A DNA stretch of 64,000 nt from Alphaproteobacteria bacterium (GTDB taxonomy: Bacteria > Pseudomonadota > Alphaproteobacteria > Rs-D84). The position numbers and the translations under genes were made by a program. The notes below the pieces were generated by a model that was not told the DNA's origin, searched no databases, and worked only from the letters and a program-made list of their open reading frames with translations. The stretch spans positions 210,165 through 274,164 of the forward strand of contig JAVBUT010000002.1 of NCBI GenBank assembly GCA_031555055.1, written 5' to 3'. This document shows, in pieces, positions 37,810-47,315 of this stretch (positions are counted from its first letter, which is position 1; each line of letters starts with the position of its first letter).

Positions 37810-39150
37810 TTAAACTGATTCCTGGTTACTTAATGCCATTTTTATAAGTTGTTTGGATTCCACCAAAAATTCCATCGGCAGGCGCGATATGATCGGCGCC
37901 GCCAGGCCGCCTATGATCAGTGCGGTCGCTTCGTCTTCGGGAATGCCACCCTGTGCCAGATAGAGCAGGGCCGCCGCGTCGATCGCGCCGGTCTTGGCTT
38001 CGTGGCTTTGATCGTTTTCGCCATTGTTGTGAACGATTGTCGGCAGTGTGTTCGCAACCGCCGTATCGCCGATAATTCGGCTGTCGCACTTTGACGCGTT
38101 CATGCCGCGAATGCCATTAAACTGAACACGTGATCGGAATGTCTGGACTGATTCTTCCAGTGCGACACCGTATGACACGATATTCGATACTGTGTCGTCG
38201 CCGATATGAATCATTTTTGTGCCGGTATCGGCCTGTTGATTTCCGCGCGTTATTGTTAGTGAGTAAAAGTCGCTATGTGCATGGTTTCCGCGCAAAATTG
38301 TGGATGGATATTTCCATGTCATGGCACTGCCAACTTCTACCTGGGTCCAATATACTTTTGCATTTTCATGTGCGATTGCGCGCTTGGTGACAAAGTTCAG
38401 GATACCGCCACGCTGCGCGCCGTGATTCGAATATTCTCCGGCGTACCAATTCTGAACTGTGGCGTATTTTACGATTGCGTTGTCCAGTGCGATGACTTCG
38501 ACGACGCCACTGTGCAGCTGGTGGTTTGGTCTGCGCGGTGCGCTGCACCCTTCGAGATAAGATAATTCCGCGCCGGTGTCTGCCACGATCAATGTGCGTT
38601 CAAATTGTCCGATCTTGGCGGTTTCGATTCTGAAATAGCTGGCCAGATCAATCGGGCATTTTGTGTTTTTCGGAATATAAACAAATGTGCCGTCGGAAAA
38701 CACCGCCGCGTTCAGTGCTGCGAAAAAGTTATCAGAGGCCCCCACAACAGTGCCCAGATATTTTTTTACCATGTCGGGATGCTTTTCGACCGCTTCGGAA
38801 AAAGGCAGAAAAATTATCCCCAACTTTTCCAATTCCGCAGTGTACGACGTATGTACGGATCGGCTGTCGATCACGGTGTCTGTCGCCATTCCCATCAGTG
38901 CGCGCTGTTCGCTTTCGGGCAGACCCATTTTTTCGTATGTTTTTTTCAGATCGGAATTGTCGATCAGTGCGGGCTCTTTATAATAATTCAAAGAATCATA
39001 ATCGATCGGATCGTAATTTATTTTTGCCCAATGTGGCTCTTTCATTTTTGACCAGGCGTCAAACGCGGCCAGACGCCATTCGGTCAGCCACGATGGCTCT
39101 TTACGTTTTTTAGAAATATCACGAATAAGATCAGCGTTTAGCTTTTTCAT
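37810..39150 (-). CDS. sufB: Fe-S cluster assembly protein SufB
   Basis: SufB/SufD beta-helix family with SufB-specific LEGCSAP motif. 446 aa. No sufD follows. Confidence 0.8.
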   Translation of the reverse strand: MKKLNADLIRDISKKRKEPSWLTEWRLAAFDAWSKMKEPHWAKINYDPIDYDSLNYYKEPALIDNSDLKKTYEKMGLPESEQRALMGMATDTVIDSRSVHTSYTAELEKLGIIFLPFSEAVEKHPDMVKKYLGTVVGASDNFFAALNAAVFSDGTFVYIPKNTKCPIDLASYFRIETAKIGQFERTLIVADTGAELSYLEGCSAPRRPNHQLHSGVVEVIALDNAIVKYATVQNWYAGEYSNHGAQRGGILNFVTKRAIAHENAKVYWTQVEVGSAMTWKYPSTILRGNHAHSDFYSLTITRGNQQADTGTKMIHIGDDTVSNIVSYGVALEESVQTFRSRVQFNGIRGMNASKCDSRIIGDTAVANTLPTIVHNNGENDQSHEAKTGAIDAAALLYLAQGGIPEDEATALIIGGLAAPIISRLPMEFLVESKQLIKMALSNQESV

Positions 39151-39683
39151 TCCTGGTTCGCTAATAGTTTCGCCTGTTCAAAGAATGTCAATGATTGCCC
39201 CAGCAGACCGTCGGTAAATGTCGCACCCAAAATTCCGTCAGGTTCGTTAATTGTAATATGATGTAAAAATCCGTCCGCCCGACGCAGATAGTTTTCGACG
39301 CTGCGTGCGACTTCGGGGTCCAGCTTGATCGCGCGGCGCAGTTTCTCCAGCGCAAAGGGATTCTTGGCGTATTCGTCCATGATCCCGCCCAGCGCCCGCC
39401 ACAGCGGATGTTCGGCCGTGTTGCGCGGCATGATGTCGATCGCCGCCATGACCGGAATCAGATTCTGCAACAGGTCCTGATAGATCATCTCTGCGTTTTC
39501 AGTGACAACATTCGTTGCGTGTTTGTTTTTTAAAACGGTTTGCATTTTCACCATCAGTGCGTACTGGTGCGACAGTGTTTTCGATATTTCCTTGGTCTTG
39601 GAATACATGACGAACATAAAATACGCCATGACAATCAGAGACAATGCGAAAACAATAAAAAAAGAAAAAGTTAGACTGAACAT
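39147..39683 (-). CDS. hypothetical membrane-anchored protein upstream of sufB
   Basis: N-terminal TM helix. 178 aa. Start overlaps the sufB operon start region. Confidence 0.4.
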   Translation of the reverse strand: MFSLTFSFFIVFALSLIVMAYFMFVMYSKTKEISKTLSHQYALMVKMQTVLKNKHATNVVTENAEMIYQDLLQNLIPVMAAIDIMPRNTAEHPLWRALGGIMDEYAKNPFALEKLRRAIKLDPEVARSVENYLRRADGFLHHITINEPDGILGATFTDGLLGQSLTFFEQAKLLANQE

Positions 39684-39839
39684 ATTAAATACTCCCGCTG
39701 GTTATAAGTCACTGATCACTATAACATCTTTTTTTCCGATTCGCGATGCTTGGGTTTGGTGTTTTTAGCCCTTGCACAGATTCGGTCAACTTGTTATAAT
39801 ATTTCCATAATAAGAGAAAAAACAGTAAAGGAAGCCCCT

Positions 39840-40739
39840 ATGTTTCGTAAAATTTTGATGGCCGCAATGTTCGCAACAGCCGCAGGATACTGCTTTGCGG
39901 CGGATACCGGACTGCCCCAGGTCGTCACATCCGAAGTGTTTTATACCCAAGAAAAATCCGTAAACGAAAACACAGATTATAACACCTATGAAACAAACTA
40001 TGTCGCGCCGGCACCACACGCAGTGCCGACATGGCCGATCGTTGGCACGGACGCGGACACCGCTGTTTCTTGCGGTGCGGGCGGAAATACGGGCGGATGC
40101 GCTGATGACAATATAAAAATAGTTTCTAAAATCGGCGCCGATCTGGTTGTTGAAAATAATTTTAACTTGGGCGGTCACCGCGGTAATGGTGATGGCTGGT
40201 CTGGCGGGGCGAACATGCTGCACGGATTACAAGTGCCGGCCGGATTCGACGACGAATGCAATTCCAGATCGGAAATGCCGCTGATGGGTCGTGAAATGCT
40301 GGAAGACGACGGTGGTGAAGTTCTTGCCGTATCGCGCAGTGCACGCAAAAAATGCGGCAATGCTGGTTCCAATGGGGGTGGCATGACGGGCAAAATGATA
40401 ATCGAAGAAGAAAAAGTAACGGATTACATGGAAATTGCGGTTGATCAGTCCGCCGACGCCGAAGCGCCAAAAGCAATGCAGGACCAGGTTCGTTCATGGG
40501 TTGTGGCATCTGGTCAGACGTTGCGCGAAGTTTTGCAAAACTGGTGCGACAAAGAAGGTTGGGACCTGGTTTGGGCGACACCGCGCGAATACCCGATAGA
40601 GGCCAGCGCCGTATTCAAAGGACGTTTTGTTGATGTGTCCAGTGCACTGGTTCGCAACTTTGGTCGCGCAACACCGGTGCCGTATGCGAAATTCTATAAG
40701 GGAAACCGCGTGCTGGTCGTGTCTACAACCGAAGAATAA
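39840..40739 (+). CDS. TcpQ/PilL-like (type IVb pilus secretin partner) exported protein
   Basis: Signal peptide. C-terminal GQTLREVLQNWCDKEGWDLVW...KFYKGNRVLVVS matches the TcpQ/PilL C-domain pattern (…TLR..L..W...AGW…FY.NRVL.V). Confidence 0.5.
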   Translation: MFRKILMAAMFATAAGYCFAADTGLPQVVTSEVFYTQEKSVNENTDYNTYETNYVAPAPHAVPTWPIVGTDADTAVSCGAGGNTGGCADDNIKIVSKIGADLVVENNFNLGGHRGNGDGWSGGANMLHGLQVPAGFDDECNSRSEMPLMGREMLEDDGGEVLAVSRSARKKCGNAGSNGGGMTGKMIIEEEKVTDYMEIAVDQSADAEAPKAMQDQVRSWVVASGQTLREVLQNWCDKEGWDLVWATPREYPIEASAVFKGRFVDVSSALVRNFGRATPVPYAKFYKGNRVLVVSTTEE

Positions 40740-40743
40740 ATTA

Positions 40744-40773
40744 AATGAAAAATGAAAAATGAAAAGTGAAAAA
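40744..40773. repeat. ATGAAAA-type heptamer array between the TcpQ-like gene and the secretin gene
   Basis: aatgaaaaatgaaaaatgaaaagtgaaaaa. Confidence 0.55.
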
Positions 40774-40828
40774 TAATTCCTTGGTCATTGCATTTTTCCA
40801 AAGACTTGAAACACATAGGTGAGAGAAT

Positions 40829-42436
40829 ATGTACAAGATATTAAAAGTACTTTTCATTTTTAATTTTTCCTTTTTCATTTTGACTGGGTGCGTAAAGAAG
40901 GAATCCGCCCAGGTGGCGTCCGCCGTCGACCAGGACTTTGTCAATGCGCACGATGCGTTCGAAATGGCGAAAAATCCGCGCGCCAAGGTTACCAGCACCG
41001 ATACCGTGTCAATGTCCGAAGGTGTTTGGCTGGGGGCGAAATCCACTTTGCTGGAACATAAAAACAATTTGCCGGGCACATACGAAAATGACACAGGTGT
41101 GACAATCCTGTTGAATGAGCCCGTATCGTTACAGGTTTTGGCCAACAATATTTCATCCATAACGAATATTCCTGTCAAAATCGACAGCCAGGTAAATACT
41201 GAAAAATTAAAAAAGACCATGAATATTGCCTATACCGGCAAGTTGTCTGGTTTGCTGTCCCAGGTTTCGACAGATCTGGATTTGTTGTGGTATTACGACA
41301 AAAGCTCTATCGTGTTTTATGAAACGGAAACAAAAACATTCACACTGTATGCGCTGGGGACGGATGTCGCGTACCAGTCTGTAATCCGTACGGATGACGG
41401 CAACGGCGTTTCATTGGAATCTAATTTAAAAGAATGGGAAGAAGTCGAACGCACGATCGGATCGATTGTCGGCAAAACAGCGAATGCAAACTTTACCGTA
41501 TCTAAAAGCTTGGGCACGATCACGGTTACCGCGCCGCCTTCGATCCAGCACCGCGTCAGCGAATACATCGCACGCCAGAACAAGCGTTTGTCCCAGCTGG
41601 TGACGATCGACGTAAAGGTTCTGCAGGTGTCCATGAACAACAACACCGCGTTTGGCCTGAACTTGGCGATGGCGATTAATTCTGCGGCGGGTCTGAATAT
41701 CGTTGCGAATCCGAAAAACAATCTGCAAACCACCGAAGCCAGCACAATGAATGTCGCGGTGCTGTCGGGATTGTCATTTGCGGACGCTGCAGGCAAGGTT
41801 CCGGCAGGCGCTACACCGGACCAGATCAATTCGGGCAGTCTGAAAAATATCGCAGGAACTGATGCGCTGATCAGTGCGCTGGCCAAGCAAGGCAAAATAT
41901 CGCTGGTGACGAACGTTGGGGTTACGACACGCAACAACCGCGTCGCCCCGGTCAGCAACACCCGCACAACCGGATATATCAAACGTTTTGAATCACGCAA
42001 TTTTACAACTGTCGAATCCAGCACTGTGGACCAGGATGATTTGGAAACAGGATTCAGCATGCAGCTGTTGCCTAATGTTCTGGAAAATGGAAAAATCTTG
42101 TTACTGTTCAAAATGTCGATTCGTGAACTGTTGCAGATGCAGACGCAGAAAATCGGCGAAGTGACATTGCAGTTGCCAGACGTAGAAGAGCGCAGCTTTA
42201 TGCAGGAAGTAATTATGGAATCCGGCCAAATGCTGGTTCTGTCGGGATTTGAACGTCAGACGAACAATGATACGCGTTATGGCTTGGGCGATCCGGACTT
42301 TATGGCGCTGTCGGGTTCGCGCGAATCCCAATCGACCAAGGACGTTTTGGTTGTCATCCTGACACCGCAAGTACTGGTCAGCCCGATGGATGCAGAGCGG
42401 TCTATCCAGCAAAACTGGGGCGCACCACTAAATTAA
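40829..42436 (+). CDS. lipoprotein secretin (type IVb pilus TcpC/BfpB-like, GspD/PilQ superfamily)
   Basis: Lipobox ILTGC. C-terminal secretin domain with conserved ending ...STKDVLVVILTPQVL. Confidence 0.65.
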   Translation: MYKILKVLFIFNFSFFILTGCVKKESAQVASAVDQDFVNAHDAFEMAKNPRAKVTSTDTVSMSEGVWLGAKSTLLEHKNNLPGTYENDTGVTILLNEPVSLQVLANNISSITNIPVKIDSQVNTEKLKKTMNIAYTGKLSGLLSQVSTDLDLLWYYDKSSIVFYETETKTFTLYALGTDVAYQSVIRTDDGNGVSLESNLKEWEEVERTIGSIVGKTANANFTVSKSLGTITVTAPPSIQHRVSEYIARQNKRLSQLVTIDVKVLQVSMNNNTAFGLNLAMAINSAAGLNIVANPKNNLQTTEASTMNVAVLSGLSFADAAGKVPAGATPDQINSGSLKNIAGTDALISALAKQGKISLVTNVGVTTRNNRVAPVSNTRTTGYIKRFESRNFTTVESSTVDQDDLETGFSMQLLPNVLENGKILLLFKMSIRELLQMQTQKIGEVTLQLPDVEERSFMQEVIMESGQMLVLSGFERQTNNDTRYGLGDPDFMALSGSRESQSTKDVLVVILTPQVLVSPMDAERSIQQNWGAPLN

Positions 42437-42565
42437 AATTAAATACAACAACGCATTTGGCGCGATTTGGGGTGGCTTATGTATGTTCAATACACTACGC
42501 CACCCCAAATCACACCAACTACATCATTCTCTTTAATTTTAACAGCCCGGTTTTGGGCCGTTTTT
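42437..42565 (+). repeat. family-C stop-codon-adjacent element directly 3 prime of the secretin gene
   Basis: taaaattaaatacaacaacgcatttggcgcgatttggggtggcttatgtatgttcaatacactacgccaccccaaatcac...cattctctttaattttaacagcccgg. 93% identical to 63758-63885. Confidence 0.75.
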
Positions 42566-42570
42566 AATTT

Positions 42571-42620
42571 AGTCAATAGTCTTTAGTCACTAGTAGGGGC
42601 GCATATTTGCGCCCGTATGT
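42571..42620. repeat. family-B half element (tagtca repeats + taggggcgcatatttgcgccc hairpin)
   Basis: agtcaatagtctttagtcactagtaggggcgcatatttgcgcccgtatg. Compare 62397-62544. Confidence 0.6.
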
Positions 42621-42635
42621 TTTTATAGTCTGGTT

Positions 42636-42935
42636 CTAACGTTTGTTTGAATGATAATCCATAACTTTTAATAAACGTCGTTTATCTTTTTTGTTCTCTA
42701 TATTATCTCTAATATAATCAATAGCATCATAGAGTGATTTTCCAGATATGATCAGCTTAAGTAAAAATCTGATAGTAACATCATTGATTTCTAAAGAATC
42801 AGACGTCTTTTGTACTGCAAACATTACAGCTAGGAAAATAATGGACATTCCGGCAATTTTCCAATTGGTATTACGAATTTCTGTATTTAAATAGTCCAAT
42901 GTTTTTTGAAAATCTTTTTTTCTTATTATTTCCAT
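42636..42935 (-). CDS. hypothetical small membrane protein, AT-rich
   Basis: 99-aa ORF with one TM segment, about 30% GC. Confidence 0.3.
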   Translation of the reverse strand: MEIIRKKDFQKTLDYLNTEIRNTNWKIAGMSIIFLAVMFAVQKTSDSLEINDVTIRFLLKLIISGKSLYDAIDYIRDNIENKKDKRRLLKVMDYHSNKR

Positions 42936-43079
42936 TTGGTAAATCCTTTTATAAGACCTGTTGATTAATCCATTTTATGTGCAAAAAAGTTATTTGTCCA
43001 TATAAAAATAATTAAGTAAATTATGGTGAATTTTTTTTATGTGTGATAGGATTGCTATGTAGAAAGAAAGGAGAAAACT

Positions 43080-43547
43080 ATGTTCTATAAAATTGGATTT
43101 TGGGTTTTGCTGGCGATTGTGCTGGCGTGCGTCGGGCTGTTTATGTTCACAAACCCTATGAAAAATAATGGTGCAATGTCTTGGGTTGATGTTTATTCCA
43201 ACGATCCGACCGCGACATTAAAATTTATGAACGATACTTTTGATATACGGGTTACCGAAACATCCGTGGTGCCGGACGGCGGTGGCGACTATAATGTAAT
43301 CAAGTCCAAGGGATCATTGTGGCCGTTCGCGGGCGTTATGAAGGCGCCGGAAATGCACGGACATAAAGTTCCGGCCGGAACCATGATATATCTGACGGTT
43401 ACGGATTATGCGATGATGTCGGCCAAAATGGTCGCCAATGGCGCCAAACCAATAGAGGAAGATATCGTTGCCGCCGGTATGCGTTTCGGCGTGTATGAAA
43501 TTCCTGGTGGGCTGACCATCGGCATCGCACAGTATGGTGTGAAATAA
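43080..43547 (+). CDS. hypothetical protein with N-terminal TM helix; weak glyoxalase/VOC-like resemblance
   Basis: AGGAGAAAACTATG RBS. 155 aa. Confidence 0.35.
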   Translation: MFYKIGFWVLLAIVLACVGLFMFTNPMKNNGAMSWVDVYSNDPTATLKFMNDTFDIRVTETSVVPDGGGDYNVIKSKGSLWPFAGVMKAPEMHGHKVPAGTMIYLTVTDYAMMSAKMVANGAKPIEEDIVAAGMRFGVYEIPGGLTIGIAQYGVK

Positions 43548-43695
43548 ATTTCTATGGATGCTTTCGCGTGTTCACAGACCCTCGTGTACGTTTTGTACAT
43601 GTCAGGTCTGCGAACCCACGCAATCATATCATATAAATTTATTTCAAATACTAAGGGCGGGCGGATGAGAACCGTACCCACGTTTTTTGGTTTAT

Positions 43696-43730
43696 GAAAA
43701 AAACGGCCCGTTGGGCCGTTTTTTATTTTA
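43696..43730 (-). terminator. rho-independent terminator of rpsT
   Basis: aaaaaaacggcccgttgggccgtttttt. Confidence 0.7.
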
Positions 43731-43741
43731 CCAGATGTAGA

Positions 43742-44002
43742 CTATTTCATAGAATTGACTTTCTTGGTCAAGCGCGATACCTTGCGGGCGGCGCGTTTTT
43801 TCGGCATGGTTTTGCCGGCGGCCTTCATGATTTTGCTTTCTGCGTTGCGCATTGCAGTAGTTGCGGCGGCCTTGTCCCCGGACGCAATCGCGGTCACGGC
43901 TTTTTTTGTTGCGGTCTTAACCGATGAACGGCGCGCAGTGTTCACAGCGTTCTTTTTCGCAGTTACTAAAATTCTTTTTTTTGCAGATTTGTGATTTGCC
44001 AT
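43742..44002 (-). CDS. rpsT: 30S ribosomal protein S20
   Basis: MANHKSAKKR start. 86 aa, Lys/Ala-rich. Confidence 0.9.
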   Translation of the reverse strand: MANHKSAKKRILVTAKKNAVNTARRSSVKTATKKAVTAIASGDKAAATTAMRNAESKIMKAAGKTMPKKRAARKVSRLTKKVNSMK

Positions 44003-44279
44003 GTTTTTATCCTGTGGTTTTATATTGTTACAGAAGCGAACACCAGGAAATCATTTATATATATGTATGGGAAAGGCCAGGGTGCCAAACGGCATATCAT
44101 CATTTATCTGGTGACAAACTTGCCCCAAATAAACAGCCCGAAATTGCAAATATACAATCCGTAACCCACACAAGGCGCAATCGAAATTAATCAATCGCAA
44201 AATGACGTCATAGTTGTTTACATCATCTGTGTTCTGTGTTATTTTATAGGAAACAAACACAAAATCAAGGAAAAACACA

Positions 44280-44867
44280 ATGACATATATATTGGCGATA
44301 TTGGTCGCGTATTTACTGGGCAGCATTCCATTCGGATACTTGGCGGCGAAATATGCCGGGCACGGTGACCTGCGCAATGTTGGATCAGGCGGCACAGGTG
44401 CGACAAACGTTATGCGTGTCGGCGGGTTAAAGCTGGCCGGGCTGGTTTGGATTCTGGATATGGCAAAATCTATCGCGGCGGCGGCGTTGGGGATATGGCT
44501 GATCGGCGAAGGTTTTGGCGCATGGTGCGGATTCGTATCGATTATCGGACATTGCTATCCGGTATGGTTAAAGTTCCGTGGCGGCAAGGGCATATCATCC
44601 ATGCTGGGGGTAACATTGGCGATCAGTCCGATTGCATTTATCGTATGCGCGATCGAATGGCTGTTGGTCGCGCTGACCACGGGATATTCATCGCTGGGGT
44701 CGATTGTCGGCTTTGCTGTTCTGCCGTTTATGGGATTTGCGATCAGCACATCGGTCGGCTGGGCATTTATCGCGATCGCGTTGCTGTGCATGTGGCGCCA
44801 CCGCGAAAATATAAAGCGTCTGGTCACCGGGACGGAATCCAAAATACATTGGAAGTGGAAAAAATAA
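44280..44867 (+). CDS. plsY: glycerol-3-phosphate acyltransferase PlsY
   Basis: GSIPFGYL, GSGGTGATN and GGKG motifs. 5 TM segments. Confidence 0.85.
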   Translation: MTYILAILVAYLLGSIPFGYLAAKYAGHGDLRNVGSGGTGATNVMRVGGLKLAGLVWILDMAKSIAAAALGIWLIGEGFGAWCGFVSIIGHCYPVWLKFRGGKGISSMLGVTLAISPIAFIVCAIEWLLVALTTGYSSLGSIVGFAVLPFMGFAISTSVGWAFIAIALLCMWRHRENIKRLVTGTESKIHWKWKK

Positions 44868-44979
44868 AACGCCCAACGGGCGTTCTTTATTTTAATATTC
44901 AAAGTGCAATTGAACTTTGCACTTTGAACTTTGTACATTTTATGATATGATACAGCCATAACATAGGTGGGGAAATTTC

Positions 44980-45816
44980 ATGAAAAAGATAGTTTCTTTC
45001 TTTGCTGTGCTGCTTGTATGCGGGTCTGCGGTCGCGGCGGTCGCGCCCGGCCGTACAGGCATCGTGTCACAATACGTCGGCCCGGGTCAGCGCACGCCCA
45101 GCATGAAGGCAATCTTGCCTGCGGGATCAAGTCTGGCCGCGAACAAGTCCAGCATACATGCCGAAACGCCGTCTGCGGCGGTGCCTGTGGATAAACGCGA
45201 TACAGAAAGAAAAGCGTGCATTAATAACAATATCGGTATCGGTAATACTTTCGTTTGGGCGTCAAAGTTCAGCAATACGAACAACTATTCCTCCATGGTC
45301 GAAGATACAGAAAATCCGGATAACAACGTTTGCTTTGTAAAAGTCGAACTGAAATCAGACGATCCGAAAATCAACGTGTCAGACATAGCGCCGGTATATT
45401 ATGAAATGGGACGCGACATTACATGCGGGTCATGGGCGAACGAAGATATGATTAAATCACGCATTCTGGACGCGAAGAAAGGCGCGCGTACATGGGGCAC
45501 GGTCGCGGGTGCGGTCGGTGGCGCTGGCGTCGGTGTCGGTGCGATGGAATTGTTTGGCAACCGCCTGATCGGTGGCGCGGTCGAAGGTCAGCGTCATCTT
45601 GAAAGAAATGACAAGGCGGGCCTGTTGCGTTCACAGCTGTTGGTTTTAAAAGACAAGAATCTGAATGAATACAACGCGTTTGTTGATAATCTGGCCAAGC
45701 TGAAAAATCAATGCGAAACAAAAGACTTTGCATGGGGCGAAAACGGCGCGCCGGCAAAGCCGCAAGCATGCACGGACTATGAATACGCATTCGGTGTGTT
45801 GCAGACATTAAAATAA
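44980..45816 (+). CDS. secreted hypothetical protein (signal peptide, Gly-rich segment)
   Basis: Cleavable signal MKKIVSFFAVLLVCGSAVAA. No known domain. Terminator at 45815-45841. Confidence 0.45.
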   Translation: MKKIVSFFAVLLVCGSAVAAVAPGRTGIVSQYVGPGQRTPSMKAILPAGSSLAANKSSIHAETPSAAVPVDKRDTERKACINNNIGIGNTFVWASKFSNTNNYSSMVEDTENPDNNVCFVKVELKSDDPKINVSDIAPVYYEMGRDITCGSWANEDMIKSRILDAKKGARTWGTVAGAVGGAGVGVGAMELFGNRLIGGAVEGQRHLERNDKAGLLRSQLLVLKDKNLNEYNAFVDNLAKLKNQCETKDFAWGENGAPAKPQACTDYEYAFGVLQTLK

Positions 45817-45845
45817 AAAATCCCGCGATGCGGGATTTTTTAACA

Positions 45846-45931
45846 ATTAGCTCATAGCAAATAACATATAGTGTTTAGCGTATAGTATATTGTTAATCGC
45901 TATGCGCTATATGCTATGGACTATGCGCTAG
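45846..45931. repeat. family-A palindromic element (tagc-rich inverted repeat)
   Basis: ttagctcatagcaaataacatatagtgtttagcgtatag ... ctatgcgctatatgctatggactatgcgctag. Confidence 0.55.
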
Positions 45932-45953
45932 TTATTATTCTATACTCACCCTT

Positions 45954-46973
45954 ATGAATGACCTGTTGAATAAATTATTGATACTGCGGACGCCAGGTAT
46001 CGGGCCGGTAAAATATGCCGAGATGATCTGTAAATTTGGCTCTGTGGGTGCGGCGGTCGAATCGCTGGGCGTGACTGACACATATCGTGACGCCGTTTTG
46101 CGCGAAATGGAAAGCGCCGCGCGGTTAAATATACAATATATATCTGATGATGATCCACGGTATCCGGTGTCGCTAAAGGCAATTAAAAATCATCCGCCGA
46201 TAATATCTGTGCGCGGAAATTTGGAAACTTTGTCGCGCCCAACAGTCGGCATGGTCGGAACGCGCCATGCGACCGGGGCAGGCATGAAATTCATATCCGA
46301 TCTGGCGACGGAATTCGCGGCGCGCGGATATGCCGTTGTATCCGGCATGGCAATGGGAACGGACGCTGCGGCGCATATGGGCGCGTTGCGCGCGGACGGT
46401 GACGCGGTCACTATTGCGGTCTTGGCGGGCGGGGCGGATTATATATGGCCGCTGGAAAACGAATCGCTGTATCATAAAATTTTGGAACGCGGCGCAATCG
46501 TCAGCGAAATGCCAGTCGGATTTGTGCCGGTTGCAACCAATTTTGTCCAGCGAAACCGCTGGATTGCCGGCCTGTCCAACATATTGATACTGGGGGAAGC
46601 TGATATAAAATCCGGCAGTGTGCATACCGCACGATTCGCAATCGAATACAAAAAAGAAGTGTTTGCAATACCTTCGCATCCGTCTGACGCGCGTTCGCTG
46701 GGGCCGAACAGTCTGATCAAGGAAGGTCTTGCGACATTATGCATGGGTGCGGATGATTTTTTTGGTGGTACAAAAACCGAATCCCGCAACATAAAACAGA
46801 AAAAATCAGACCCCGAAAATGCACTGATTGACCTGTTGGGAATCAATCCCTTGTCAGAATCTGTATTGGCAGAACTTGCCAAAAAAAGTATTATGGAAAT
46901 AAAACGTGATTTGGTTGTCTTGGAATTGCAAGGTTTGGTTGCAAAACAAGGTGGCGGCTATGTAAAAGTATAG
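45954..46973 (+). CDS. dprA: DNA-processing protein DprA (Smf)
   Basis: Rossmann-like DprA core GMVGTRHATGAGMKF...VVSGMAMGTDAAAH. C-terminal wHTH-like tail. Confidence 0.85.
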   Translation: MNDLLNKLLILRTPGIGPVKYAEMICKFGSVGAAVESLGVTDTYRDAVLREMESAARLNIQYISDDDPRYPVSLKAIKNHPPIISVRGNLETLSRPTVGMVGTRHATGAGMKFISDLATEFAARGYAVVSGMAMGTDAAAHMGALRADGDAVTIAVLAGGADYIWPLENESLYHKILERGAIVSEMPVGFVPVATNFVQRNRWIAGLSNILILGEADIKSGSVHTARFAIEYKKEVFAIPSHPSDARSLGPNSLIKEGLATLCMGADDFFGGTKTESRNIKQKKSDPENALIDLLGINPLSESVLAELAKKSIMEIKRDLVVLELQGLVAKQGGGYVKV

Positions 46974-47315
46974 ACATCGTAATGTCAATACAGTGTCTAT
47001 ACACGTGGCGGAAATCCGGTAAAAAACCGAATCGGTGTCAAAAAATAAATCTGAAATTTTTCGACCAGAAAAACTTGCAAATCAAAAATAATCTTATAAC
47101 TTAACTGACGTATCCAAACGATTGAGAAATCAATCAGAATATGAACGATAAAGGTTGTAAGAAAAAACAATTTTTTTAATGGCTAAATAAAACCGCCGGT
47201 AAAAAAATTGTTTTTTTCTTAGGTGGTTTTTACAGCCTTGATCAGGATGCGGCAGGAAACTCTGGGGTTGGGCGATATCTGTTGTCGCCATTGGGAACAG
47301 GAAAGGAGAAACAGC

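Noticed and set aside
41317-42111. 264-aa minus-strand ORF
   Set aside because: Antisense to the secretin gene, which has a signal peptide, lipobox and conserved secretin C-terminus.
46980-47315. oriC with DnaA boxes upstream of dnaA
   Set aside because: AT-rich, but no convincing TTATCCACA-like 9-mers or CtrA TTAA-N7-TTAA sites could be identified by eye. Left as an unproven leader or promoter region.
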